A stretch of 64,000 nt of DNA from Octopus vulgaris (lineage: Eukaryota). The notes below the pieces were generated by a model that did not search any database, was not told the origin of the DNA, and saw only the letters and a program-made list of their open reading frames with translations. The stretch lies in the NCBI GenBank assembly GCA_951406725.2, contig OX597816.1, forward strand, positions 133,114,001 through 133,178,000, written 5' to 3'. Position numbers and translations under genes: made by a program. Numbering within the stretch: the stretch's first letter is position 1; the number at the start of each line of letters is the position of its first letter. Below are positions 41,935-53,743 of this stretch, in pieces.

Positions 41935-42420
41935 AGTTGCATGTCTAGTCATGCTTATATACTTAAATGATGAATTTTTGGAAAATTTTACAGATTTTTA
42001 CAGTTCCAGTGATAGCTTGGATCTGTAGCCTTCAAATCAGCTTTCTCCTTTCTAGCTTTGAGAAACCTAATTTCTCAGGATTGATATTTAAGCAGTGTCC
42101 CAGTGCCCCAATAATTGCAAGTATAAACCTGAACTTGTAATCTGGATAGAGTTACTGCAGATTTCTCAATAGTTCAGCGAAGGTATTCTCTTTTTAACTA
42201 ATCTTCAGCTTTATGCTAACATCAGTTGGGCAGCTGATTTCTACAACTGTAAACAGTTTCTCTTGTCTATCCATATCAGGTCTATTGTGCTTACATTTTA
42301 TTGAGGTTTTCACTGGGACATTCAACCAATACTCCTTTTTTATTATGAGTGACTATGGCTTCCACAATTCTATGGGTTCTTATTTCTTTGTCCTTAGTGT
42401 TATCCTTTCAAGCAGAGAAA
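41935..42420 (-). mobile_element. R4/Dong-type RLE domain relic
   Basis: NVPVKTSIKCKHNRPD..TVVEISCPTDV. Confidence 0.75.
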
Positions 42421-42531
42421 AGCAACATATATATTGAATCCAATTTTGCATTAAATCTAATTTTGATTCAACATCTTTTTTCCTCCATTTCTTTATACTT
42501 GTTTATGGTATATTTATACCTATAATGATAT

Positions 42532-42935
42532 TTTTCAATTATTATTTTCATATTCTTATTATTTGCTCTGGCTGATTTTTATGAATATGAAGAATCTTTA
42601 TTAGAAACCATTTTTTTTCTCTTTTTGGATCTCTCAAAAAGTTTGAATCGTTCTTTTTGAACTTTTTTCTCACATATATATTTATATACATACACACATA
42701 CATACATAAATACATACACATATATATATATATATATATATATATGTGTATGTATTTATGTATGTATGTGTGTATGTATATAAATATATATGTGAGAAAA
42801 AAAGTTCAAAAAGAACGATTCAAACTTTTTGAGAGATCCAAAAAGAGAAAAAAAAATGGTTTCTAATAAAGATTCTTCATATTCATAAAAATCAGCCAGA
42901 GCAAATAATAAGAATATGAAAATAATAATTGAAAA
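42532..42935. repeat. 404-bp near-perfect palindrome centred on (TA)n
   Basis: The arms are reverse complements apart from homopolymer-length differences. Confidence 0.9.
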
Positions 42936-43002
42936 CATACATATATGTGCTCACATACATATATATATGCACATACATACATATATATCCATGCATATAT
43001 AT

Positions 43003-43057
<55 letters not shown>

Positions 43058-43061
43058 TATA

Positions 43062-43270
43062 TAGTTAATCCAAACTTGAAAACACAAAGAGAAAACACAA
43101 CACGAGGTCGTGGAACAAGTATAGTGTTATTGGACGCTCAGGAAAGGAAGGAAAGAAGGAGGATTTAACATTTCGAGCGGAGCTCTTCATCAGAAACATA
43201 GAAAAAGGAAAGATCCAAGGAAGGGAAGATGGAGGGAAAAAAATCACCAACTATACACATGCAGTCACAT
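43062..43270 (-). mobile_element. Penelope-type terminal repeat with hammerhead motif
   Basis: CUGAUGA-A-GAGC-UCC-GCUC-GAAA..AGCGUC; the element sits in TA/CA microsatellite. Confidence 0.55.
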
Positions 43271-44198
43271 ACACACATATATACATTTTGATCATTTTTA
43301 GACTGACCTAGGATTAACAACAGCAGCATTCATTTTTTCTAGTATAGGCATAAGAACAGACATTCAGAGTTAATTCAATTGAACGGCACTTTATTCATGA
43401 GAACCAAAATCAAAGTTAACCTTGGTAGGATTTGAGCTCAAAATGTAAAGAGTTGAAACAAATATTGCAAGATATGAATCAGCCAGTTTACCACTTTTCG
43501 ATAATAATTGATTTTAATATAGGCATAAGTAATGCTGAGCCTTATGAAGGAGATATCAAAGGATTGAGATATGTAGTGCTTTGCTGTCTAGGCAGCGATG
43601 ATCTTTCTTTCTTGGCCTGACTGCCGACCCTCAGCACCTCTTGTGTCCACCTCCCATGTTCCTGCCTTTAGGCTTTCACTTCATACATGCCAGCTCAGTT
43701 TGATTCACTCTCAGTCAAAAGACACCTTTTGTTATTTTTTGTTGTTTGTATTCATAATTGTGTACCATGTTCTCTGTTTTTTGTTTATTTGTCTTTTTTT
43801 GTTTTTGTTTTTTTGCTTTTGTTGCCGTACACATTCACTGGCCTTCTTATAAAGGGGTCTAATGCTCTTAGCTTAGACTTTTTGAGGAGCAACCAGATCA
43901 CACCATCTCAAGTGAAACTGCCCGAAATGGTCGTGACTTCTGGGACTTGACTGATGAAAGAAAGCCAAGAATGACTTGTCTTCTTTTGCCTGTCTTTCTA
44001 ATTGTTGTTTCTCTTGTCTGCCTATGTATCATCTATCTGTTTGAATGTTTTAATGCCCTCTATTGCCCTCTATTGCATAATGTACTCCTTATTCCTTCGG
44101 AATTAGGAATATGCAGCCTTCGAAACATATGTCGAGAATAAAGGATACTTGTTAACTAGTCGTTCAACTCCATTCTTTCATATACTTATAATTTTAAA

Positions 44199-44239
<41 letters not shown>

Positions 44240-44686
44240 TATATATATATATGTATATATGTATACACATGTATATATACACACATATATATATACACAT
44301 ACATATATACATACATATATACATGTATATATATACACACACATATATATACATATATATATACACTTACATACATGCATACATACATGCATACATACAT
44401 ACATACATATTTACCCATCGCACCCTGTAACCAGATAACCAATGGTTTCTTGTTATAGAATATGTGGAACAAGAACACTCATGGAAACGAAAAGTGTCGC
44501 TGAAGGGGTCACAGATGTGCGAAGAAAGATTTCCAGACAATGAACAGGTATTAAAATAATAAAATAACAGTAATAAACGAGTGAAGGAAAAAAATATATA
44601 GTGCTTGTGTTTATTTGGCAAAAAAACAAAATAATAAGAAATAAAATGACCATTATGAAATACAATATATATATATGTATGTATAT

Positions 44687-45275
44687 ATGACTAATGACCG
44701 AGACCTTTGGAAGTATGCTGTGCGTGAGAAGACCCAGCAGGACAAGTGAGACCATAACCCGTGGCCTCTACATGGGATGTAGCTAGTCCACTTATGCATA
44801 CCTTTCCTTCTTGGGACACAAAACTCTACTTGTGAAGACCTGTTGAGGCAAGTGAAAATCGAAATCGATCAACATCAATGGAAATTGCAGCTGTCATACC
44901 AGTGCCGGTGGTACGTAAGAGAACCATCCGAACATGGCCATTGCCAGTGCCGCCCGACTGGCCTCATGCCGGTGGCACATAAAAGGCACCATCCGATCAT
45001 GGCCGTTTTCCAGCCTCGCCTGGCCCCTGTGCCAGTGGCACGTAAAAAGCACCATCCAATCGTGGCCGTTTGCCAGCCTCGTCTGGCACCTGTGCCGGTG
45101 GCATGTAAAAAGCACTCACTACACTCACGAAGTGGTTGGCGTTAGGAAAGGCATCCAGCCGTAAAAACATTGCCAGATCAGACTGGGCCTGGTGCAGCCT
45201 TCTGGCTTCTCAGACCCCTGTTGAACCGTCCAACCCATGCTAGCATGGAAAGTGGACACTAAACGATGATGATGA

Positions 45276-45277
<2 letters not shown>
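44687..45277 (+). mobile_element. 5'-truncated RTE LINE with ~63-bp tandem units in the 3' UTR
   Basis: MTNDRDLWKYAVREKT ORF end, four gtgccggtggcacgtaaaaagcacc units and a (GAT)n tail. Confidence 0.8.
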
Positions 45278-45358
<81 letters not shown>

Positions 45359-45363
45359 TATAA

Positions 45364-45394
<31 letters not shown>

Positions 45395-45488
45395 ATTAAT
45401 TAATAAGGGTGAGAGAATTAGATACTAATTTAATAGTATATTTATTCAACGGTATAGAGTGAGCAATATAGTGACCACTCTCTTATAT

Positions 45489-45542
<54 letters not shown>

Positions 45543-45649
45543 CATATATATATGTATGTATGTATATATACATATATATATATGTGTATGTATGTATGTG
45601 TGTATTTATGCTTGTGTATATATTGTAGATGCCTCTAGCTTGAGGTGAG

Positions 45650-45835
45650 AGTTAATGGTGTGCTATGACTTTCGCTGCTACTGTAGCTATTGATGTTGGT
45701 GGTATTGTGCAGCAAGGGTTACTCAAGCTGCTGCTGCTGCCGTAGTTGTTACTCCTGCCACAGTTGTTATCAATGTAGTTACTACTAATGCACTTGTTGT
45801 AGTTGTGGTTGATTCCATTATCATTGATGGAGTTG

Positions 45836-45867
<32 letters not shown>

Positions 45868-46046
45868 GGTGGTGGTGGCGGCGGCGGCGGTGGTGGTGGT
45901 GGTGGTGGCAGCGGCGGCGGCGGTGCGGTGGTGGTGGTGTTATTGGTAGTGTTGATATTGGTGGCAGTGGTTTAAGGAGCATTGGTGAAGACAGAAGTGA
46001 TGCTGCTACTTTAATTGCAGTTCTTTCTCTCCTTCATCTTCTTCTT

Positions 46047-46078
<32 letters not shown>

Positions 46079-46500
46079 GTTGCCACTGTTGCTGCTGCTG
46101 CTGCTACTCTTTCAACAATGACGGCACGAACTACCACCGCCACCATATCACCACCACCACTGCTACTAGTGGTGGTGCTGGTACTACTACTACCACCACC
46201 ACCACCACCACCACTACCACACCACTACTACTTTTGCAACCTTTACTTTTAGTTATGCAAGTGCTTTGTCTGCTTGTATTGCAGCTGTTGATTGATGTTG
46301 TTGTTGATGTTGTCCATCTGCTGCTACTGTTGTTTATTGTTGCTGTTGTTGTGATGGTGCTGGTAGTGGCGGCAGTGGCAGTGGTGGTAGTATAGTTGCT
46401 GCTATCGACACTGCTATGTTGTGTTGTTGACAAGAGCTGTAGCACTTCCTCTGGCTGACATAGCTAACACTCTTTGTCTGCTACTATAATGACACCAGTA
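45650..46500. repeat. Compound trinucleotide low-complexity tract
   Basis: GTT/GGT/GGC/TAC/ACC/TGC runs. Confidence 0.85.
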
Positions 46501-46589
46501 TTAACAATGTTTCTCAAGAGAAGGACCACTACGTAGTCGTTCGACCTGCTAAAAATAGCAGTCAAGTAACACTTCTTTTGCCATCGTAA

Positions 46590-46815
46590 CCCTTTAGCGT
46601 TCATGTTATTCTGTCAAAAGTAAAGTAATGCTTATATATTTCCATTGTCTTGAATTAATCGTGCATTAGCTTGTTGCTATGAGACTTTGATGAGGCAACT
46701 GTTAATTTTTTAGAATGACATTGTAGGGCAGGTGTGAGAAACCAGATCTGACCAGTTTGAAAGTAAAACAGGTAGAATATTTTGGCCAGATATGGCAGGT
46801 TTAAATGCTAAAGGG
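46590..46815. mobile_element. piggyBac-like MITE family 1
   Basis: gtaa|CCCTTTAG...CTAAAGGG|ttaa; reverse orientation to 23974. Confidence 0.8.
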
Positions 46816-46884
46816 TTAAATATACATTGGATATAGTGTTTGATTTATTAAAAAAAAATGGGATGGGCATGGTTGGAATACTTT

Positions 46885-48170
46885 TGATCCTTTTAGGATT
46901 AAACAACAGCAGCATTCATTTTTTCTAATATAGGTATAAGGACAGACATTTAGAGTCAATTTATTTAAGTGGTACTTTATTCATAAGACCAAAAGGATGA
47001 AAATCAAAGTTAACCTTGGTAGGATTGAACTCAAAATGTAAAGAGCTGAAACAAATACTGCAAGGCATTTTTTCAGATGCTCTAATAAATCAGCCAGTCT
47101 GCCACTTTCCAGTAATATTTTTTTTTTAATATAGGCGTAAGTAACGCTGAGCCTTATGAAGGAGATGACAAAGGACTGAGATATATGGTGTTTTACTGTA
47201 CTCAAGATGACTCAACCACCACAACAAAATTGATATCCTAAAACTAAGGTGCCACATAAAAAGCATTGGTGTTGGTGCTGTGACACATAAATTGTGATAG
47301 TGCTGATGCCACATAAAAAGCACTGGTAATGGTACCATGTAAAAAGCACTCACTTCACTTTGTAAAAGTGACAGACATTAGGAAGAGCAGCCATCTATAG
47401 AAGACAAGCTAAACAGACTATGGAACTTATGTAGCCTCTGGCTTTGCCTGTTCCTGTCAAGCCATTCTACTCATGGACGGCTTGACAACATGGAAAATGG
47501 AATTAAATGATAATGATAAATCCAGCAATTTTGTGGGGAGGGTGTTAGCTGATACTACCAGCTCCAGTACTTGACTAGAACTGTATTTTATCAACCCTTG
47601 AGGGATGAAGGTCAACGTTGACCTCAGTAAGATTTGAACACAGTATGTAAAAAGACAACAAATAGTGGAAGACATTTTGTTTGCTACTCTAACCATTCTG
47701 CCAGCTTGGCACCTACCAATGATGATTTTTAATTTAGACATAAAGCCAATAATTTTGTAGGGAGGAGTTTAGTCAATACCATCAGCTCCAGTATTTGACA
47801 GGTACTTTAATTTGTCAACCCTGAAAGGATGAAATTTAAAGTTGACCTTGGTAAGATTTGAACTTAAAATGTAAAGAGCTGGAAAAATACTGCACATGTT
47901 TTTTTCTAAAACTCTTGCAACTCTACCAGCTTGCTTACTTTACAATCTTTATAATAATCCTTTCTACTGAAGGTACAGGACCTTCAATTTTGGGGGAGGA
48001 GACTAGTCAATTACATCTCTCCTAGTGTTTCACTGGTACTTAATTTATTGACTCTGAAAGGATGAAAGGCAAAGTTGACCTTGGTGGAATTTGAACTCAG
48101 AGCAGAGATGGATGAAATGCCATTAAGCATTTTGCCTGGCATACTAATGATTCTGTCAGCTCACTGCCTT
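46885..48170 (-). mobile_element. Cluster of SINE family B copies with an RTE-tail fragment
   Basis: Repeated aggatgaa..aaagttgacct..gatttgaactca. Confidence 0.7.
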
Positions 48171-48367
48171 TGCAATCTATATTATAAGAACTATGTTTCT
48201 GTGTCCATCTCTCTGCTTCTCCATCTATCACATACTCTGATCAAGGTAATTTTCAAGTTATTTTATCTTTCTTTTAAATATCCACCCCAGAAAGATGGCA
48301 ATATTCCTAACACAACTCCTGGCTCTAAAGGTGCCAGGTTGTAGTGTTAGACTGAGTAATGGATTAA

Positions 48368-48573
48368 CCCTTTTGAAACCTATCTGCCTGAAACCACCCA
48401 TGTTTTTATGATACAAACCCCCTACTTGAAAGTAATCTAAAATAGAACCTTCCATCAAAATTTGTTACATTATAAACACCAGCTTAATAATTTATTTTAT
48501 TAAATTCATTATTATTTTCAAATTCATTTTAAAATTCATTGTGTATTTCAACAGCACTATGTTAACAAAAAGG
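48368..48573. mobile_element. piggyBac-like MITE family 2
   Basis: TTAA|CCCTTT start; reverse-complement similarity to 36410-36622. Confidence 0.55.
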
Positions 48574-48819
48574 CAAAAGTGTAACCCCACCCCCTTGTAA
48601 GCTATGGCAGAATTTGAACTCAGTAAGACAGAACAAATACCTTAAGTACTGCCAATCCACTGACTTGCAGTTTTTTTATTGACCTTTATAGGATGAAAGA
48701 CAGAAATTGGCCTGAACAGGATATGAACTCATAGTGCAGGGAGTTGGAAAAAATACTGTATGGTGTTCTGTCCTTGACTTTGCTTACTTGCTGCTTATGA
48801 CAGGTCATTAAAGGTGATG

Positions 48820-50017
48820 ACGGTGTCAATCCAAGACATTTAACTTCCTCCTCCTCCAGCACATTGTTTCCCATGAGAGTAAATGTGACTGACAAGACTA
48901 ATACGAGGTAGGCAGATCCTTTGGCACTGAGGACACTGAAAGTGACCTTGAACATCAGCTGCAAAGGGTTGATGAAAATGTCTCTTCTTCTCTCTATGCA
49001 GTCCTGTGCATTTGGCTTCAAAGCATTCTACTGCAGCATCACACATGGACCTCCATGACTTCCAGTTAACAGCCAGGGGTTCCAACCGATTGGGAGCGAC
49101 ACCACATAGAATGAAAAACTGCTTGAGATAATCATGAAATCAATGTTTTGAACGTCCATGATGTCTTCTTCCAGTTTCAATCTCACTGAAGAGGACCAAC
49201 TTTGAGAGCCAGTTATCTGACATTCAAATCACATGGCCAACATGGTGAAGAAGACAATGAAAGCTGTAAATCCTAACCCTCAGGATGATTTCAAGTATGA
49301 GGCACATTGTCCTTCCACATGAGACTGAGGATATTTTGGAGTGATCTGATATAGAACACTTCTTGTTGTTTGATTTGGCGCTGATAAAAGGTCCAACATT
49401 CAGACCTGTACAGAAGGGTGGATACACATACAGCTTAATTAAACAAAGATTTGTGTACTCACTCTAAGGTTTTTGTTTTGAAATACTCAGTCACTGAGTT
49501 TCATGAAAGATGCAGAGGCAAAGTTGATTTGGCAGAATATTTCTTCATCAAGAAGTCCAGTATTAGAGATTGTGCTTCCAAGATAGCAGAATGAGTCTGC
49601 TTGCAGTACAGAAGTATCATCAATAGAGATGGGCTGAGGGGGAGGTGGGATACAGGAAGGCTGATTAGAAAACTTCAGTTTTTTTATGATTCACTTGAAG
49701 ACCAAGCTGAGAATAGGTACTGTCCATTGATTTTGTCATGTGTTGAAGAGGAGTGGAGGTATGCAATGGTGCAACTGAATAGTCAGTATACTGAATTTCA
49801 TACAGTGTGGTTGGGAGGATTTTTGATGTGGCTCTCAGGTGACATCATGATGGTACCTGATATGATTTCCACCTTCTTTGGTGAACTGTCTTCTGAAAAC
49901 AAGGGTTACAGTCACCAGGTAAATGTTTGATAGTATGAGGGCAAGGACACATCCTTGCTTTACCCCCACCTGGATATCAAAGAGTTCTGAGGCTTCACCA
50001 CTAAATGTCACTCTCAC
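48820..50017 (-). mobile_element. RTE-clade LINE 3' relic
   Basis: GVKQGCVLA RT motif and C-terminal FQCPQCQRICLPRISLVSH zinc motif. Confidence 0.8.
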
Positions 50018-50921
50018 TTACACACCATTACAAAATTTCCAGCAGAATTTTGACTCAACAAGACAGAACAAAACCCATAAGTACTGCCAATCCACCAATT
50101 TGCAGCTTTTTATTGATCTTTAGAGGATGAAAGACAGAAATTGGCCTCAGCAAGATTTGAACTCATTGTGCAGGAAGTTGCTCCCTACAGAAATGAAAAA
50201 AAAATTAATTTATTCAATTTATTCATTGACTTCACATATGTAACATAAGGCAAAATATGGTTTGTACTTAGTGTTTCATCAAAGTTTATTATTCTTCATA
50301 CACAACTGAAAAAAAATATGGCTACGAATATTTCATTCTCAAATAGAACAATAAATTGTGTTATGAAAGGAAAAGTCTTCTACTTGAAGTTAATGCAAAA
50401 TTTTGCATATACAGACAATTACAAGAGTTCTCAATTGATTTTGTTGGTTTTAATTGGCTGAACCACCATTGAAACTGCTTGTTAGAAGTGGGTAAAAGAA
50501 GGATTCCAAATATTGTTAATAATGACATACCTTTCCTTGATGCCACAACAATTTTGTCCTCACTATCTGTGGATTTCAAGGAAGATTTGGTTCAGTTTGT
50601 TCAAGGCAGTCTAGCAACATTGAAAATGAACAATGTGTGTATTCAAGAGCTATTCTAACAACAAAAGAATAATAAAAAATTGACAAAGTTAATAAACTGA
50701 GTGCAAAGGCAGGACAAAAGAAATTAATGATGTGGAAGGCTCAGGAACTGTCAACAAATGTGTGGCACAAAACTGGTTCAGATGCTTGAAGAAAAGTGAC
50801 ACCAGTCTCATAAACAAACCAAGGCCAAGGAGATCTTCTGTTGTAGAAGATAAATAATAATAATAATAATAATGTGTACAGTGCTCAGGTGCACTACAAC
50901 TCATCTAAAGTGTATATATAA

Positions 50922-53687
50922 TCAGGTGAAGTTTCGGCGGATTTCGGAAAGCATGAGGGCCTTAAAAGATGCAGTGTCATGGCAGTCAACAACTGACGCA
51001 GGCAGTTTATTCCATGCTTCAGCAACTCTGAGCGTGAAAAAATGTTTCCGAAAGTCATGGGAGCTGTATTGTTTTCTGACTTTGTAGGCATGTCCACGTG
51101 TGTTAGATACATGGAGATCAAAAAGGTGTTCAGTGTTGTTGTTGGTGAGGTGGTTGATAACTTTGTGGGTGTTTACCAAGTCCGTCGCCAAACGCCGGAG
51201 CTTCAGTGAATCCATGCCCAGGGAAACAAGGCGCTCAGAATATGGTAGGTGTCTGATGGAGGGTATGCGTTTGGTTGCACGTCTCTGGACAGATTCCAGG
51301 AGGTCAATGTTCTGTGCAAGATAGGGGTTCCAAACTGATGATGCGAATTCCAAGTGTGGTCGTACCATAGCTGTATACAGTTTTAAATAGATGGCTGGAG
51401 AGCGGCTAACAAAAGACCTGCTGAGTGATGCCAAGACACCCTCGGCCTTCCTGACAATCTTAGAGATATGCTTTGACCAACGCAAATCACTGCTGACAGT
51501 GATGCCTAGGTCACGCTCGCAAGAGGATTTCTTGATATCAGTGTTGTGGAGGGAGTATGTGAACGCAGGGTTTTTTCTCCCAAAATGCATGGTGGTACAC
51601 TTGTCCACAGCCAGTTTCAGTTGCCAGTCTGTGATCCATTGCTGCATTGTGTCTAGGTCTGATTGCAGGAAAGAGTTGTAGACATCAGGATCTGTCCTCT
51701 TGATTTCAAGGTACAGCTTGATGTCGTCTGCATATTTCAATACTGTGGCATTCTTTAAATTGGCATCTATGTCGTTAATGTATGCCACAAACAAGAGGGG
51801 GCCAAGGACAGATCCCTGTGGTACACCCGATGACATCTCATATGGTGTAGAGTGCTGTCCTAGAACTGTGACTACCTCCTTTCGGCTGAGGATGAAGGAT
51901 TTCAACCAGTTAAAAAGGTCATCCCCCACACCCATTGCAGAGAGTTTCACCATAAGCCTTTTGTGTGGCACAGAGTTGAAAGCCTTAGCAAAGTCAAGGT
52001 AGACAACATCCACCCATGAGCCACTGTCAGTAATCTGAGTAATGTCCTCAAGGAAATCGACAAGCTGGTCACTGCAGCTGGAGTTAGGGACAAATCCATA
52101 TTGTGAGGGTCGGATGAGACTGTGAGAGCTCCAGAAGTTCCAGAGTGTTTCTCTGACACACGATTCCATCAGTTTTGCAATACAGCTAGTGAGACTGACT
52201 GGGCGATAGTTGACAGGTGATGTGCGGTCGCCCTTTTTGAACAGAGGAATGACACTGGCAGTTTTCCACTGCTCCGGAGTAGCACCATTGTTGAGACAGT
52301 ACTGGAAGAAAATAGAAAGCTGGTGTAAAAGGAAGTGCCTGCCACGTTTGAGAAGCAGGTATGTAACTCCATCGAGACCAGGGGAGGCATAGTTGCGCTT
52401 ATTTTGAAGGTGACGTCGCAGCATTGCAGGTGTAAATTCCATAGTTGTTATGGAGTTTGCTGTTAGTGATGGTGAAGATGGTACATTTTGACTTTCAACA
52501 GTGAATATGTTTGCATAGCACTCGGCAATGAGTTCTGCGCATTCCTTGGGGTCGTCAGTGATCTGGTTTGTGTGAGGGTTGCGAAGAGGGCCCACTGGAG
52601 AGTGAGGTCTCTGCTTTGAGTGCACATATTTCCAGAAAACCTTGCTGTCAGGATTGGCTGCTATGCACTGTTCAAATTCAAGCACTGCTTTTTTTGTCAC
52701 TTGCTTGAGATGGTTGGAGGATTTATTCCGCTTCTTCCTGTTGGTGTCTGATTTATGCAACCTGTATTCCCGTTCAGCAGTCCGACGTTCCCTCCTGGCA
52801 AGTCGGACCGCTGAAGTTTCCCAAATTGCCCTTTTGGGGCGGTTCTTCTTTTTTTGTTTACGTGGCACTGATGCTGCACATGCTGCCCATATTGAGTCCA
52901 GGATACTCTGGAGTATAGTATTCACATCTCCAGAGTTGTAGAATTCACGCCAGTTTGGGTGCTGTAGTTCAGTGTGGTACAGGTTCCAATCTGCTCTCTT
53001 CCAATCGAAGGAAGCAGATTGGAGATGGTTCAGGTTTTTGTTGCCCGCAAGAGCCAGATTGGCGATGATCATAGCATGATCAGAGTCACCTAGAGGTTCC
53101 TCCGTAGTGCAATTGATAACCGCTTCAGGAGTTGTGGTGAAGAGCAGGTCCAAGGTGTTGTCGCCTCTTGTTGGAGAGGTGACTACTTGTGACCAGTTTG
53201 AGTCCAGCACAAGCTCAACAAAATCGTTTGCACTCTGTGGCCAATGGAAGGTCTCCCAATCGATCTCAGGATGATTGAAATCGCCTGCAATAAACACATA
53301 AGTGGCTGTTTTCCTGGCAGCAGCTCGGAGGACATTGCAAAGCTGTGTGTCCCGATGGTAACTTGGGGGACGATAAACAACGCCAAGCAGGAGTGTTGAC
53401 ATGGTCATACGCACGTCACAGAAAAAAACTTCTTCTTGTGATTCGTTCAAATCGGCACAAGGAATTACCAAAAAATTTGAACGAACGTAGACCATCACAC
53501 CACCACCACGGCGGTTAGTGCGGTCCTTACGGAAGAGGTTGTACCCCGTAATGTTGAAAACCCCATCACAGAGTAAGGAATGCGCCCATGTTTCCGTGAC
53601 AGTGATGAAGTCAGGGTCAACACTTCTGACGTAGGCGTTGAACAAATGTATTTTGTTGCATAAACTGCGAGCATTTAAGGACAACAA
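50922..53687 (-). CDS. LINE ORF2: APE endonuclease + reverse transcriptase (921 aa as tracked, non-ATG start)
   Basis: Endonuclease motifs NARSL, TETW, YRPP, GDFN, TRGDNTLDL, SDH. RT motifs PGLDG, YRPVSLTS, QYGF, GVPQGSVLGPLLF, YADD. CR1-like C-terminus TRGH..RKHFF..RV..WN.LP. Confidence 0.95.
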   Translation of the reverse strand: MLSLNARSLCNKIHLFNAYVRSVDPDFITVTETWAHSLLCDGVFNITGYNLFRKDRTNRRGGGVMVYVRSNFLVIPCADLNESQEEVFFCDVRMTMSTLLLGVVYRPPSYHRDTQLCNVLRAAARKTATYVFIAGDFNHPEIDWETFHWPQSANDFVELVLDSNWSQVVTSPTRGDNTLDLLFTTTPEAVINCTTEEPLGDSDHAMIIANLALAGNKNLNHLQSASFDWKRADWNLYHTELQHPNWREFYNSGDVNTILQSILDSIWAACAASVPRKQKKKNRPKRAIWETSAVRLARRERRTAEREYRLHKSDTNRKKRNKSSNHLKQVTKKAVLEFEQCIAANPDSKVFWKYVHSKQRPHSPVGPLRNPHTNQITDDPKECAELIAECYANIFTVESQNVPSSPSLTANSITTMEFTPAMLRRHLQNKRNYASPGLDGVTYLLLKRGRHFLLHQLSIFFQYCLNNGATPEQWKTASVIPLFKKGDRTSPVNYRPVSLTSCIAKLMESCVRETLWNFWSSHSLIRPSQYGFVPNSSCSDQLVDFLEDITQITDSGSWVDVVYLDFAKAFNSVPHKRLMVKLSAMGVGDDLFNWLKSFILSRKEVVTVLGQHSTPYEMSSGVPQGSVLGPLLFVAYINDIDANLKNATVLKYADDIKLYLEIKRTDPDVYNSFLQSDLDTMQQWITDWQLKLAVDKCTTMHFGRKNPAFTYSLHNTDIKKSSCERDLGITVSSDLRWSKHISKIVRKAEGVLASLSRSFVSRSPAIYLKLYTAMVRPHLEFASSVWNPYLAQNIDLLESVQRRATKRIPSIRHLPYSERLVSLGMDSLKLRRLATDLVNTHKVINHLTNNNTEHLFDLHVSNTRGHAYKVRKQYSSHDFRKHFFTLRVAEAWNKLPASVVDCHDTASFKALMLSEIRRNFT

Positions 53688-53743
53688 TTTGTACCCTGCT
53701 CGCAGTTTATGATGGTGTGTAGAGGATGGCAGGTTGTTCTGGC

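Noticed and set aside
44895-45120. CRISPR-like repeat-spacer appearance
   Set aside because: The linkers are homologous to each other, the array lies in an RTE 3' UTR in eukaryotic DNA, and there are no cas genes.
45650-46500. Poly-Gly/Thr/Val coding exon
   Set aside because: Mixed trinucleotide repeats with no splice or homology support.
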